64,000 bases of DNA from an uncultured Planctomycetaceae bacterium. Lineage in GTDB: Bacteria > Planctomycetota > Planctomycetia > Planctomycetales > Planctomycetaceae. Below the pieces are notes generated by a model. The model ran no database searches. It worked only from the letters and a program-made list of their open reading frames with translations, and was not told where the DNA came from. A program made the position numbers and the translations under genes. Below, piece after piece: positions 12,312 through 27,927 of this stretch (position 1 is its first letter; each line of letters opens with the position of its first letter). Location: the NCBI GenBank assembly GCA_963813715.1, contig CAWFAK010000015.1:67008-131007 (forward strand), written 5' to 3'.

Positions 12312-13098
12312 ACTGCCAGGACGTCCAACAACTGTTGTCCGCCTACGCCGACGGCGAGCTGGACCTCGTCCACAGCCTGCAGGTCGAGGAGCACCTCGGC
12401 AGCTGTCCCGCCTGGCGCAGTCCGAAAAGAACCTGCGCTCGCTGCACACAGCGCTCGCCGCGCCGTCGCTGCGGTACGCGGCACCCGCCGCGCTTGCGCT
12501 CAGATTCATGCCTCGCTCGACGAGGCGGCCCTCGTCACTGCGGGCAAGCGTCCCGGTGCAAACCGGGAAGCGTGGCTGCGGCCCGTCGCGCTGGCCGCCG
12601 GATTTCTCGTGATGATCGGCGTCGGTGCCACGCTTGGCATTCTGCTGTCGCTGGGGCCGGAGTGCGAACGGCCGGATCGAGGACTGGGTCATCGCCGGAC
12701 ACGTCCGTTCGCTGCAGGTCAATCACCTGACCGACGTGGTTTCGTCCGATCGGCACACGGTGAAACCCTGGTTTCGCGACAAGCTCGATTTTTCGCCGCT
12801 GGTCCCCGACCTGGCCGCCGACGGTTTTCCGCTGACTGGCGGGCGCCTCGATTACCTCGACGGTCGCCCGGTCGCGGCCCTCGTTTACCAGCGCGGCAAA
12901 CACGCGATCAACGTCTTCACCTGGCCAACGCAGGCCGCCGGTGACACACCATTGCGCGAGTTCAGCCGGCAGGGATTCCACCTCCGCGAATGGCAACAAG
13001 CGGGGATGAACTACTGGGCGATCTCCGATCTCAACGACGAAGATCTGGACCAATTCGTGCGGTTGTATCAGCAACGCACGAGCGCCCCGCCGCCCTGA
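12308..13098 (+). CDS. Transmembrane anti-sigma factor (zf-HC2), frameshifted
   Basis: LSAYADGEL...EEHL.SC.. N-terminus; DVVSSDRHTVKPWF and GGRLDYL C-terminus. Confidence 0.85.
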
Positions 13099-13395
13099 CT
13101 AGTCGCCGACGAACTTGATGTAGAGATGCACCGCTGCTCTGCAGGTCGAGACCAGCGACAGGATCTGTTGGAGTTCCGCCTTTTGTTCTGGCGCACCACA
13201 CTCGCTGCTCAACAACTGCAGGTCCGCTTCCAGGTAGGGAGCCTGAATGTGATTGAAGGTTGTGTCACCGTACGGGTCGACAAACCTCAGGCAGACAAAT
13301 CGGGCATCGGTTTCCGCCGGGATGAGGCTGGGTGAAAAGTCCACTGCAGATCCGATCTGCAGACCCTGTTCGTTTTCAATAACGACTTGGATCAT
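13099..13395 (-). CDS. Small hypothetical protein
   Basis: VDPYGDTTFN..Q and HLYIKFVGD motifs; fills the gap between genes. Confidence 0.65.
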   Translation of the reverse strand: MIQVVIENEQGLQIGSAVDFSPSLIPAETDARFVCLRFVDPYGDTTFNHIQAPYLEADLQLLSSECGAPEQKAELQQILSLVSTCRAAVHLYIKFVGD

Positions 13396-13404
13396 CCCGA
13401 TCCC

Positions 13405-14238
13405 TCATTCCAACGGTGGCAACCCCACGCGTTGGCAGCAGTGGAGGAGCGGGCAGATCGGGCATTGCGGCCGTCGGGCGATGCAGATGCGTCGGCCGTG
13501 GTGGATGAGGCGGTGGGAGAAATCGACCCACTCCGATTGCGGGATCAGCTGCATCAGATCCTGTTCGATCTGTTCGGGGTTCGTGCTCTGCGTCAGGCCC
13601 AGCAGGTTGCTGATCCGCTTGACGTGCGTGTCGACGACGACGCCCGTGGCGATGCCCCAGACCGTGCCCAGCGCCACGTTCGCCGTCTTGCGGCCGACGC
13701 CCGGTAGCGTGACGAGTTCGTCCAGCGTGCGGGGAATTTCGCCGCCGAACTCTTCGACCACTCCCTTGGCCATGCCGCGCAGGCTGGTCGCCTTGGCACG
13801 GAAGAAGCCGGTCGAGCGGATCATGGCTTCGAGTTCGCCCTGGTCGGCAGCCGCCAAGGCGCGGACGTCGGGATACTTGGCAAATAGAGCGGGCGTCACC
13901 ATGTTGACTCGTTCGTCAGTGCATTGCGCCGAGAGGATCGTGGCGACCAGCAATTGGTAGGCGCTGTTGTGCGTGAGCGCGCAGACGGCGTCCGGATAGG
14001 CCTTGGCCAGCGCGCGAACGACTTGCTTGGCCTGCGCTTTCAGATCGGTCGGCGCGGAAATGCGCTTGGCGGGCGCGCGTTTGGATGACGGCGCCGGCTG
14101 GCTCTTGGGCTTGGCGGTCCCAGCGGCTTTCGCGGGGCCCTTGGCCGGCCCTTTGGTCGCGCGTCCGGCCGTGGCGCGGGAAGGCGCAAACGGGCGCTTT
14201 GGGGGTGCCGGACGGGCGGTTTTCGCGGTTTTTGCCAT
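13405..14238 (-). CDS. nth: Endonuclease III
   Basis: [13 protein letters not shown], Hh[16 protein letters not shown]-x6-C-x2-C-x5-C FeS motif. Confidence 0.95.
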   Translation of the reverse strand: MAKTAKTARPAPPKRPFAPSRATAGRATKGPAKGPAKAAGTAKPKSQPAPSSKRAPAKRISAPTDLKAQAKQVVRALAKAYPDAVCALTHNSAYQLLVATILSAQCTDERVNMVTPALFAKYPDVRALAAADQGELEAMIRSTGFFRAKATSLRGMAKGVVEEFGGEIPRTLDELVTLPGVGRKTANVALGTVWGIATGVVVDTHVKRISNLLGLTQSTNPEQIEQDLMQLIPQSEWVDFSHRLIHHGRRICIARRPQCPICPLLHCCQRVGLPPLE

Positions 14239-14418
14239 CGTCGAACTTCCTGGAAGGCCTAATTCAGCAGTGGGCAGCCGGCGGGGTCCCGGATAAGATT
14301 CCCGGGGACGCGAGTGATGCCTTTGTCCGCGCCCGACCCATTCGAGTCAAGCGGTGCGCGCCGACTTCCCATTCCAGACTCGAGGGCACGAACGCGTGTC
14401 GGGCGAGCCTGGCCTGGG

Positions 14419-14811
14419 ATGAGCGAATATCCCGAAAAATACCTGGAGGGCGTTCGGCTCTTCAACGAGCAGGAGTTCTTCGAGTGCCACGAGGTGCTGG
14501 AGGAACTCTGGTCCGAGACGCTCGGCGACGAGAAGAAATTCTATCAGGGGCTGATCCAGGCGGCCGTGGCCTTGTTTCATTTTGGCAACGAAAACCTGGG
14601 CGGAGCGCGCAAACTCTACGAATCGTCCCGATCGAACCTGCAGCGTTACGGTTCCTTTTATCAGGGGCTGGACCTCGAAAAATTCCACGCCGACATGAAA
14701 ACCTGCTTCCGCGAGCTGTTGGAGGCCACCCAGGCCTATCCGGCCGGCGTAGAATTGGTCGAAGAGCGAATTCCGACGATTCAACTCGCTGGGGTTAAGG
14801 AAGAGTTATGA
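14419..14811 (+). CDS. DUF309 family protein
   Basis: FFECHEVLEELW...QGLIQAAVALFH. Confidence 0.9.
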   Translation: MSEYPEKYLEGVRLFNEQEFFECHEVLEELWSETLGDEKKFYQGLIQAAVALFHFGNENLGGARKLYESSRSNLQRYGSFYQGLDLEKFHADMKTCFRELLEATQAYPAGVELVEERIPTIQLAGVKEEL

Positions 14812-15545
14812 GCAAGCCGTTCGACGTTCGCGATCAGCTTGCGACTTTCGCGGGGACGGCCCCGCTGTTTCCCCTGCCCGACGTCGTTCACTTTCCGCAC
14901 TTGCTCTTGCCACTGCATATTTTCGAGCCCCGTTATCGGGAGATGGTGGCCGACGCCCTGGAGGGAGACCGCCTGCTGGCGATGGCTCTGCTCAAGCCGG
15001 GCCTCGGCACAACCGAGGGTTCGCCGCCGATTCACGACACGGTGTGCCTGGGCCGCATCACGGCAGACCAGCAGACCGAAGACGGTCGCTACTATCTGGT
15101 GCTGCAAGGCCTGTCGCGGGCGCGGATCATTCGCGAAGAGAACGACGACCTGGCCTATCGCGTCGCTCACCTTGAACTGCAGCCCGATCCCGAATGTCCC
15201 TTCTCTACCGCCACTGCCAACGCACACCGGCGGCGGCTGTTGATGGCGTTCCGCAGCCTGTTTCCCAAACACAACCTCGACCGCGTGCTCCGCCGGGCCC
15301 TCAAGGAAGCGGTGCCGTTGGGCATTTTGTGCGACGTGCTGGCCGACGCGATGTCGCTCGAGTCGCAAACGGCTTACCGAGTGCTGGCCGAGACCGACGT
15401 GAAGGAGCGCTGCCGCCTCGTGCTGCGGTTGATCCAGGAACGCCTGGACCAGGGATCGACAGACGACGCTCCGGCCCTCAAATGTGCGCCCACCGATTGG
15501 GCCGACACCAACAGCGGCTGGCCGCCCCAGTTCAGTCAGAACTGA
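14808..15545 (+). CDS. LON peptidase substrate-binding domain protein
   Basis: PLFPLPDVV.FP..LLPLHIFEPRYREMV. Confidence 0.9.
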   Translation: MSKPFDVRDQLATFAGTAPLFPLPDVVHFPHLLLPLHIFEPRYREMVADALEGDRLLAMALLKPGLGTTEGSPPIHDTVCLGRITADQQTEDGRYYLVLQGLSRARIIREENDDLAYRVAHLELQPDPECPFSTATANAHRRRLLMAFRSLFPKHNLDRVLRRALKEAVPLGILCDVLADAMSLESQTAYRVLAETDVKERCRLVLRLIQERLDQGSTDDAPALKCAPTDWADTNSGWPPQFSQN

Positions 15546-15802
15546 TTCGCTTGAACCGATCAATCTGAGCGGATCGGGTTTGAACTCCATCGCTTCGTGC
15601 GGGCGCGGACATTGTTTCGTCGGCCGTCGCGTCGAATCCTCGCGAAGCGTCCGGCCGCGGCTTATATTGTAAGTACCCACCCCCCAAAGCCTTCGCCCGA
15701 TTGCTCACCCTAAAGTGATCGGGCGACCAGGACACGCCGTTTCACTCGCGCTGCAGGGACGCGCTCTTTAATCGTCGGTTTGCCAGCGCAGGCTCCCGTC
15801 GC

Positions 15803-18945
<3,143 letters not shown>

Positions 18946-18964
18946 GTCAAAAGAAAAGAACTTC

Positions 18965-19060
18965 TGAACAGGAGGCAACAGAGCGGAGAATGGGAATCGA
19001 TCCGTTGCGTTTTTTTCGTCTTCCTCCGTTACCTCCGTTACCTCTGTTACCTCCTGTTCA
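18965..19060. repeat. Intergenic palindromic (REP-like) element
   Basis: TGAACAGGAGGCAACAGAG (18965-18983) inverted with CTCTGTTACCTCCTGTTCA (19042-19060); internal 9-bp CTCCGTTAC repeats. Confidence 0.7.
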
Positions 19061-19119
19061 AAATCTGGAAATCTGTTTTCGCCTTTTCTAAATCGCCCTC
19101 CGAGCTTGGTGCTGACCCG

Positions 19120-20558
19120 ATGAATTGTCAGGACTCCCTTTATCGCGGTTGCAACCCTGCGGCGGTTTCCCGCCGCTGGTTCTTGCAGCAGTGCGGCGTC
19201 GGGTTAGGCGCGATGTCATTAGCGGAGCTGTTGGGGAATCGCGCGGCGCCGCGACGACGGCAAAGTCGAACAATCCGCTGGCCGTGCACGAGCCGCATTA
19301 TCCGGCGAAGGCCAAGTCCGTCATCTTCCTGTTCATGGCCGGCGCTCCGAGTCATTTGGAACTATTCGACTACAAGCCGCAATTGGCTCGTTTCGACGGG
19401 CAGCTGCCGCCGGCCGAGTTGCTCAAGGGTTATCGGGCCGCCTTCATCAATCCGAACTCGAACTTGCTGGGTCCGCGATTCAAGTTCCGCAAATACGGGC
19501 AGAGCGGGGCCGAGCTGTCGGAGATCGTGCCCCACTTGGCGGGCGTCGCCGACGAGCTCGCGATCGTCAAGTCGATGGTCACCGACGCGTTCAATCACGC
19601 CCCCGGCCAAATCCTGATGAGCACGGGGACGCAACAGTTCGGTCGCCCGAGCCTCGGCGCGTGGGTGACGTACGGCCTGGGGAGCGAATCGCAGGATCTG
19701 CCCGGCTTCGTCGTCTTTAGCTCCGGCACCAAAGGGCCCAGCGGCGGCAACTCCAACTGGGGCAGCGGATTCTTGCCGACCGTTTACCAGGGCGTGCAGT
19801 TCCGCGGCACGGGCGACCCGGTCCTTTATCTGTCGAATCCCGCGGGCGTCGACCGGGCCGTGCAGGCGGATTCGCTCGAGGCGATCCAGTCTCTCAACCA
19901 GATGCGCCTCGCGCGGATGGGCGATCCCGAAATCGCCACCCGCATCCACTCGTTTGAGATGGCCTTTCGCATGCAGGCCAGCGCCCCGGAGCTGATGGAC
20001 CTGGGCCGCGAGCCGAAACACATTCTCGAAATGTACGGAGCCGAGCCGGGCAAGCCTTCGTTCGCGAATAACTGTCTGTTGGCGCGGCGGCTGGTCGAGC
20101 GCGGCGTGCGGTTCGTCGAGCTATTTCACGAAGCGTGGGACCAGCACGGCAACCTGGTCCACGATCTCAGGAAGAATTGCCTGGCCACCGATCAGGCGTG
20201 CGCCGCGCTGGTCAAAGATCTCAAGCAGCGCGGAATGCTCGACAACACGCTCGTCGTCTGGGGCGGCGAGTTCGGCCGAACGCCCATGGTGCAAGGCGGC
20301 AACGACGGCCGCGACCACCATCCCAATTGTTTCACAATGTGGCTGGCCGGCGGCGGCGTGAAGCCGGGCATCACGCTCGGCGAGAGCGACGACTTCGGCT
20401 TCAACGCCGTCAAAGACCGCGTGCACGTCCACGATCTGCACGCCACCATCCTGCACCTCCTGGGCTTCGACCACACGCGGCTCACCTATCGCTTCCAAGG
20501 CCGCAACTTCCGACTGACCGACGTGCTGGGGAACATCGTGCAGCCGCTCTTGGCATAG
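19120..20558 (+). CDS. DUF1501 family protein (frameshift near 19250)
   Basis: SRRWFL Tat-like motif, [35 protein letters not shown]. Confidence 0.92.
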
Positions 20559-20663
20559 GCGCAACTCTTTAGACCATGTCGACAACGGATATGGCATCGG
20601 GCGTGCCCCTCAAGATAAAATGCGGTATAATCCACGGTGTTTCGAGACCCGGCGGAGAAGCGC

Positions 20664-21554
20664 GTGACCGCAACAATAGGTTTCATTAGCGAGAAAGGCG
20701 GCGTCGGCAAAACGACCACTTGTTACCACATCGCCGTCGGATTGCATCGCTTCAATCAGCAGCGCGTGCTTTGCGTAGACACCGACTACCAAAGGTGAGG
20801 TCTGACGTGCCGATTCGTTCCTCGTCTAATTGAGCACTTTAGCTCTAAAACTAAGCCGACTGAGCGAACACTCTTCGACAAATTTCAGCAACTTTACGGC
20901 GGAGCCCCTGCGTCGCTTGAGGTGGACGTGCTTGAGACACCTTTGGGTGTTGACCTCGTCCCTGCGGATCCGAATCTGATGCAAGTGACCGTCGAAAAAA
21001 TGCCGGCCACAAACAGCATACGGGAGAATAACCGCATGCTTCTGCGTCACTTAGCCCTTCTGAATGCAGTGTTGGGACCTCTAAAGTCAGATTACGATTA
21101 CGTTTTGATTGATTCTCATCCAGAATTATCTGACTTGTTGCGTACTGTCGTCTATGCATGCGACTACTGCGTTTCACCGGTGCGTCTAGACCTTCAATCG
21201 ACAATTGGAGTGCCGTCAGCATTAGAGGCGATCAACGAGGTCAATGGCGACATGGAAATGATTCAAGCCGCCACGGGGGAAAACGATGACTATGTGGCGA
21301 CACAGTTTGCAGGCAGTATAGGCGTTATGGCTCGGGAATGGGGAGGTATCCTAATAGGCACGCAGCGCGTCGAGTATCGGCGGCTTGAGCGCGTCGGTCC
21401 CGTGTTCGGCAGTTATGTTACCGAAGGTGATGGCATCCGACAGGCGGCGCAATATCGCCGCCCGGTGTACGATGTTAACGGCTCCAACGCGGATAAGCAG
21501 GCTGAGCAATATCGGAGGCTCACCGAGGAGTTCATGCGACGATGTCCGAGTTAG
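20664..21554 (+). pseudogene. ParA/Soj-family ATPase with one in-frame TGA at 20796-20798
   Basis: KGGVGKTT Walker A, VDTDYQR*GLT, YDYVLIDSHP; frame otherwise open. Confidence 0.75.
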
Positions 21555-21970
21555 AGGCTCGAATTGATCCGTGGCGATTGGTTCAGTGGCTTGGCAAAGA
21601 CGGCGCCAAGGCCGGACTGAAAGCTAGTAAATCGTGTACTGTTTCGACGTTGATGGATGCGGCGTCGCGTTTGGGAATAAAAGCCGAGTCAAAGGCTACA
21701 CGACAGGAGCTGATTGATGAGATCGTACGCGTAGCAGGAAGGAGAATAGACAAGACAATCGATGATCTCCAGCGGATGAGCCGGGAGGAGCTTGTACATT
21801 ATTTTGAACGCGTTGGCGCCGATCACGAGGAGCTTCTTGACTTGCTGCGTGAAATGAATGTCCAGCCGACGAAGGAAGCTCTTCGTAATCTCGTTGAGTT
21901 TGTCTCGATGGAGCTGAGTGAAACTGGACGGTTCATTCGCATTGCAGGCAAGAAATCAAATGTTGGATGA
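21542..21970 (+). CDS. Hypothetical protein coupled to the ParA-like gene
   Basis: 142-aa ORF overlapping the ParA stop; same lower GC content. Confidence 0.7.
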   Translation: MSELEARIDPWRLVQWLGKDGAKAGLKASKSCTVSTLMDAASRLGIKAESKATRQELIDEIVRVAGRRIDKTIDDLQRMSREELVHYFERVGADHEELLDLLREMNVQPTKEALRNLVEFVSMELSETGRFIRIAGKKSNVG

Positions 21971-21988
21971 TACTCCGTTGTCGTTGGT

Positions 21989-22183
21989 CCGGGCATCAGG
22001 CTCGGCGAGAGCGACGACTTCGGCTTCAACGCCGTCAAAGAGCGCGTGCACGTTCACGACCTGCACGCCACGATCCTGCACCTCTTGGGCTTCGACCACA
22101 CGCGACTGACCTACCGCTTCCAAGGCCGCAACTCCCGGCTGACCGACGTGCTGGGGAACATCGTGCAGCCGCTCTTGGCGTAA
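21989..22183 (+). repeat. 195-bp direct repeat of the DUF1501 3' end (20364-20558)
   Basis: Colinear, about 13 mismatches by eye, mostly synonymous. Confidence 0.92.
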
Positions 22184-22536
22184 ACGCGCGGTCGCTCGTT
22201 CGTCGGCGCTGCGACTCCCAGGTATCGAGTCGCTCAATTCTTTAGCACGCGCCGAGTGACAATGTGCGAATGCTCCGTGTTTTGAGAGCGTTCACGCTGC
22301 GCACTGCCAGATCACGCCACTCAGTAGTTTTACCGATGCAAGCTCACGGTAAATTCATCCTGCCACGGTCGCGATCTGCGGTGGCAAAAAATTACTGGTG
22401 TTAAGCGAAACTTTACCGATCACTGCCAAAATTTACACACTTCGCCGCTAGCGTGAGTCGGATCGAGACCGCACCGTATCGCCACGCCGTGCGCTCGGTC
22501 GAATTTTTCCACCATCTTTCCGCAAAGGACGTTTTC

Positions 22537-23737
22537 ATGTCGCGCCGACGTCGAGCGTTCACGTTGATCGAACTGCTGGTGGTGATCGCCATCATCGCTG
22601 TCTTAGTCGCGCTGTTGCTGCCCGCCGTGCAATCGGCGCGAGGCGGCCCGCCGCACGCAATGCCGCAACAACCTCAAACAGATCGGCATTGCGGAACATA
22701 ACTACGTCGACATCAACAAGTGTTTCACGCCGTCGAACATGACGGGCCCCGGCCCGATCAGCAAAGTCGTGAACAACAACGGGAGCTGCCCCGAAATTCC
22801 GGACGGCGTCGATTGCTCGAACACGCACTTCTGGGGTGAGTTTCTGCTGCCGTTCCTGGAAGCCGAGACCGTCTATCGCCAGATCTGCATGAACCAGCCG
22901 ATTTACTCGCCGGTTGTGATCTGCGAAAGCAACAAGGCGGGCAAGCTTCACCAGGTCTGGTGCTTCCCGAACTCCGACCATTGCTGCGCGGGGGGCGGCG
23001 GCTCGCCGGGCACAGCCCCGGCCGGCCAGGTCATTCCGGCCTATGTCTGTCCCTCGTCGCCGCGTTCGCAGAATCCCTTTCTGGAAAAAACGAGCGACAA
23101 CTGTCTCTCGCTGCTCTTGAAGGCGTCGCGAGGCACCAACACCATCATCAGCCCCTATTGGGCTGGCGCCAGTGATTACACGGCCGTCAACGAATACACG
23201 GGCTCGTTGCAATCGTACTACAACTTTATGAATCCCGATTCGCCGGAGTTACACACGAACGGGATCATGGAAGAGCATGCCTTGGGGGTCTCGGTCGAGG
23301 CCGTGCTCGACGGCACATCGACAACCATCCTGGCCGGAGAGCTCGCGGGGCTTCCCGACCTCTGGCATCGCGGCGTCAAAGTGCCGCTCACTATTCAGAA
23401 CACGTTCTTTTCCGCATTCGCCGGCTTCCCGGGGGTCGTTGGCAACAACGGCGGAGGCTGCTGGGCCTGCGTCGAAAATGCGGTGAACGAACTGTCAGGA
23501 ACCGATTTTACGGGAGAAACCAATGCTCCCGTGGAGAAGTCGCCGGTGTTCACGCCGGTCTGCATCATCAACTGCTCGAACGAAAACGGCGGCGGGCTCT
23601 ACAGCTTCCATCCGGGCAGCTGCGGCCTGCTGATGGCTGATGGCTCGGCCCATTTGGTCAGCGAGAACATGAGCGCGACCGTCTTCTGCCGACTGGTCAG
23701 TCGCAACGGCCGTCAACCTGTGCTGGATGCGTTCTAA
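22537..23737 (+). CDS. DUF1559 prepilin-type N-terminal protein (frameshift near 22638)
   Basis: [37 protein letters not shown]...MADGS. Confidence 0.9.
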
Positions 23738-23859
23738 GCTCGGGCAGGTGGCAGCGACGCTCACCACGATCTTCGGCAAATCCGTGAGGCCCGTTGATCC
23801 ACGCGCGGCCGTGCGCCTCCAGCGCGCGACCGCGCTTCTTCTGAGAAGGATGTCTCGCG

Positions 23860-24418
23860 ATGTCAATTCGAATTGAGCGGGGAACGACCTTCGCACAGAA
23901 GGGAACGCTGATCCTGGCGATGTGTGGTCTTATGTTGGCCGGCTGCGGTCGTACGAACGACCGACTGAAACAGGCCTACCAGGACGCAGCGCTGGCAAAG
24001 GTCCCGGTGGCGCCCGTGTCGGGAATCGTTACGGTCGACGGCCTCGCGCCGGCTCCGTTCACTTTGGTCATGTTGTGGGATCCCAAGAAACCGAGTGCGA
24101 ACGTCCTGCGAACGATCTGCGATTCCGAAGGGAGGTTTGCCTTCACGAGCTACGAAGGCGGGGACGGCGTGCCGCCGGGAACCTACGTGGTTCTTGTTCG
24201 CACAGTTCAACATGGGAAGACCGCTCGGAACCTTCGATCCCCCCGATGCGCTGAAGAATCTCTACAACGACCCCGACAAGAACGGGTCGAAACCCGAGTT
24301 TCAAATCACGGTCGACCTGCCCGGTCGAACGGACTATCAGTTCAATCTCCCCGTCGCGGGCGAGTCGCCGGGCGTTCCCGGTCCCCATTCGATCACCGAA
24401 GTGAAAACTGCCACGTGA
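23860..24418 (+). CDS. Lipoprotein with carboxypeptidase-regulatory-like domain (frameshift near 24195)
   Basis: LAGC lipobox, PVSG.VTVDG, DGVPPGTY; typical neighbour of DUF1559 genes. Confidence 0.7.
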
Positions 24419-24863
24419 AGTGCCGTGGCAGGCTGGGATGACCGCGGATACGGGCAAGACGGCGCGGCTCAATGAGCGTCGGCAAGACAGGGTACGCAAC
24501 TGGGCTCGCTGACGGCGGGTAAAGGGACGGCGGAGGGGTCGATCGGGCGATTCATTGAACGCGCTCGGAAATCGGGCCGAATAACGAATACGGCCCCGTC
24601 GCGGCGACTGTGCGTTTCTTAATCTTCCGACGGGCTGCCGCAGTCGGAAGATGTTGCCGTAGCCGGGTTTGCTGCCGTTTCGTAGAGTCCTCGCCTCAAC
24701 TGGGCGTTCGCCGCTGCGGCTGCGGCTGGTCACGACCTTCGTGCGTCGATTTTCGGTATCTGATTTTCCCAGCGCTGACTGGTGACGGACGGCCTTCGCG
24801 CGCGGCCTCCGCCCGCCGGCTCGGCGTCCTTGTCTCCATTGGTCGATCGCTGAACGGGGTTCC

Positions 24864-27800
24864 ATGCGGCGCTCCCAGGCTGTCCACGAAACGTCGGTAG
24901 GGCTGTTTGCCTTTCTCGACGTTTTGATGTCGACGATGGGATCGCTGATTCTCGTGCTGATGATCGTCTCGCCCAAGATCCGACAGGAAAAAATTGCCAA
25001 GGCGGCGACCGAGGTGGCCCGCGACGTCGTCAAGATCGAGACGAAACCGACGCCCACACTGGCTCCCGCGCCAGCTCCTGCGGTCGTGCCGAAGCGCGAA
25101 ACGATCGACCTCAACGCCAAGTTCGCCACGCACGTGACCGAGCTCACCAGCCAGGCGGACGACAAGCGTCGCACCGCGGCCGATGCCCAGCACGAGCTGG
25201 CGACGGCCCGCGACCGCTCGCAGAAGGTGCACGAGACCCGCGAACAGCTCGAGCATGAGCTGGCCGACTTGCGGGCCGCAAAGACTCGTCTGCTGGCGTC
25301 GGTCGAAGACCTCTCGGCCGAAGGTGTGAAGGTGGAAACCGAGCTGGCGCGGCGCGGCTCGCGGCTGCGGAAAATCCGCGATCACATCGCGCACGAGTCG
25401 ACCGAGTACGCGTTCGTCGCCTACGACGGCGTCTCCGGCACGACCCGTCGGCCCATCCTCGTCGAGTGTGCCGACGACCGTATCAAGTTCGTTCAAGAAA
25501 ATATCACGCTGACGTCGGCCGACATCACTGGCTTCACAAGCGTGGCCAACCCGCTCCTCTCCGGGGCCGAGGCGCTGCTCGACTACTGGTCCACGCACTC
25601 GTCCGCCAATGAGCCGAAGCCCTACGTGCTGATGGTGGTGCGACCGAGCGGCACGCTCTCTTATTACCGGGCCCGTAACCTGCTCGAGCGAATGAAGGCG
25701 CCGTTCGGCTACGAGTTGTTGGCCGAGGATCAGAAGCTGGCGGCCCCCCCAGCCGATCCGCAGGCCACGCTCGCCTGTCGCGAGGCCATCGATCGCGCCA
25801 TCGCCAAACGCGACGCAGTCTTCAACCAGGTCTTCGCCACGACTGGAGGGTCGAGGCGCGACCCGTTTCGCCGCGGACCCGGAGGCGCGGGCGGAGATAT
25901 CCCCGGCGCCAACGGGAACGGCACACCGGGCGGCTCGAAGGACGGCAGCGGCGTCGGGCCTAGCGGAACCGGCGGCGGCGTAGGCGGCAATGGCACGGGT
26001 GCAACCTGGACCTTCGCCGATCCCTTCGACCTGACGTCAGGCGGCGTGAAAGTCGCCGGCAAAGGCGTGGCCGGGGCAAGCAGTGACGCGCTCGTCGCGT
26101 CGGGCAACACGGCCCAAGGCGTAGCGGGCGGCAACGGCCCTGGTAGCAAGGGCGCGGATGGCAACGGCGCGGGCCCAGGCGGAGCGTCCAGCGGCGACCT
26201 CGACGGCAACGGCTCGAGCAAGTCTGGATCGGGCAGTGACCGAGCGGCGGGTGCTGGACCAAGCGGTGCCGGACCGGGTGGCACGGGAGCGGCCGGCACG
26301 ACTGCCCTCGGCGGTGTGGCCCAGGCGAACGGCGGCCCGGCAAATGGAAACGGCGGCAATGGCGGCGGCGGTTTTGGTGGCGGCAGCGGCTTGCCCGATT
26401 CGTTGGTCGGCGGCGGCGCCACGGGCGGCACCGGTCCGGGTGGCGGAACGGGCGCGGCCGCTCCGGGTGGTCTGCCCGCGGGTGGCGGCGCCGGCCCAAG
26501 CGGACTTGGCTCAGGTGGAGTCGGTCCCAACGGACAGGAAGGCGGCGGAGCTGGCGGCAATCTGGTCGCGGGCGGCCCTGGTGGAACAGGAAACGGCGCG
26601 GCGCCGGGAGGCGCTGGTGGAATGGGGTCCGGTGGGCTCGGTCCCAATGGCGCGGGCGGCGTGAGCGGTGGCGGTCCGAATGGAACGACTGCGAATGGCA
26701 GCGGTCTGACCGCCGGATCTCCGGACGGTTCGCTGACCGCAGGCGCGATGAACGGCACGAGCAATTTGGCGAATGGGCCCGACGGTTCCGATCCAAACGC
26801 GAACGCCAACGGCAAGCCGCCCGTGCGCCCGGAGAAGCGGGACTTTCGCCAAGCGGCGATCTGCTGGCGGGCAGTCCGAATGCAAACAGTCCGAATGGCA
26901 ACAGTGGCACTGGCACGAACGGGCAGCCGGGCGGAGCACGCTCTGATGAGCCGTTCGAGTTGCTGCCGACGCTCGGGGCCGGCAAGGGTCCAGGCATGGA
27001 TGGCGGCATGCCGGGGGAACTCGGCAATTCGTCAAGCGGCGGCGACCTCGCGCTCTCCGGCGCGGCTGGTTCGCAGCAATCCGGCGCAAGCGCCTGCCGG
27101 ATCGTCGTCTGCTGAATTCGGATCCGGGCCAACGACGCCCATTCTGCAAGCCGGCACCGGCGGTTCGCCGTTGGGCGCGCCGAGCGGCGGCCTGAGCAGC
27201 GCCAGCGGAATGAGCGGCGGCAGCGGCGGCGGCACCGGTCAGCCCGACTCTCTCGGCACAGGCTCAGGGTCAGCCCGCTTCCACGTCAACCGGTTGGTGG
27301 CCAACCCGGCACGCCACAAATGTCCTCCGACCCGGGAACCGCCAGCCCGCAGGGCGACTCGGCCTCTTCGTCCGGCCCGTCTGCCGGCAGTCCGAGCGGC
27401 GGCGCGCCGGGCGGCGGCAGTCCCGGTGGCGGCAGCATGGGCAGCGATGGCGGCGACGCGGGCCAGTCGGCTTCCGGCTCGGTCGACGCGTCGGCCGGAG
27501 CGGGCGGTATGCCCAGCCTGGGACACGGGGGCGACGACACACCCGACAACAGCTTTGCCACACGTCACTGGGGCTACTCGACGCCGCAAGCCACGTGGGC
27601 TTCAACCACGACGTGAGTGTATGGATCGGCGCGCATTCGATCGTGGTCGGCAGCCAGCCGCCGATTCCGATCAGCCGCGCGGAATCGGCGCCGCGATTGG
27701 CCGCGCTCGTCGTCCCCGCGCTCGATCGCGAAGCGCGGACCTGGGGCCGGCCGCCACGACCATTTGTACTGGGTGCCCAACGTCAAGTTCGTGGTGAGCC

Positions 27801-27925
27801 CCGGCGGCAACCTGACTTACGAACGCCTGCGACCGGTCATGCAAAGACACGGAATGGTTTCGTCGGTCGAGTATCGGCTCGAGTTGGAATCGCCGCGGCA
27901 AACTTTCCATTCGTGGGTGCAGTAG
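24864..27925 (+). CDS. Membrane-anchored coiled-coil protein with long Gly-rich insert (several frameshifts)
   Basis: FLDVLMSTMGSLILVL TM, coiled coil, RRPILVEC, PYVLMVVRPSG, several hundred Gly/Ser-rich residues, terminal WVPNVKFVVSPGG. Confidence 0.65.
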
Positions 27926-27927
27926 CC

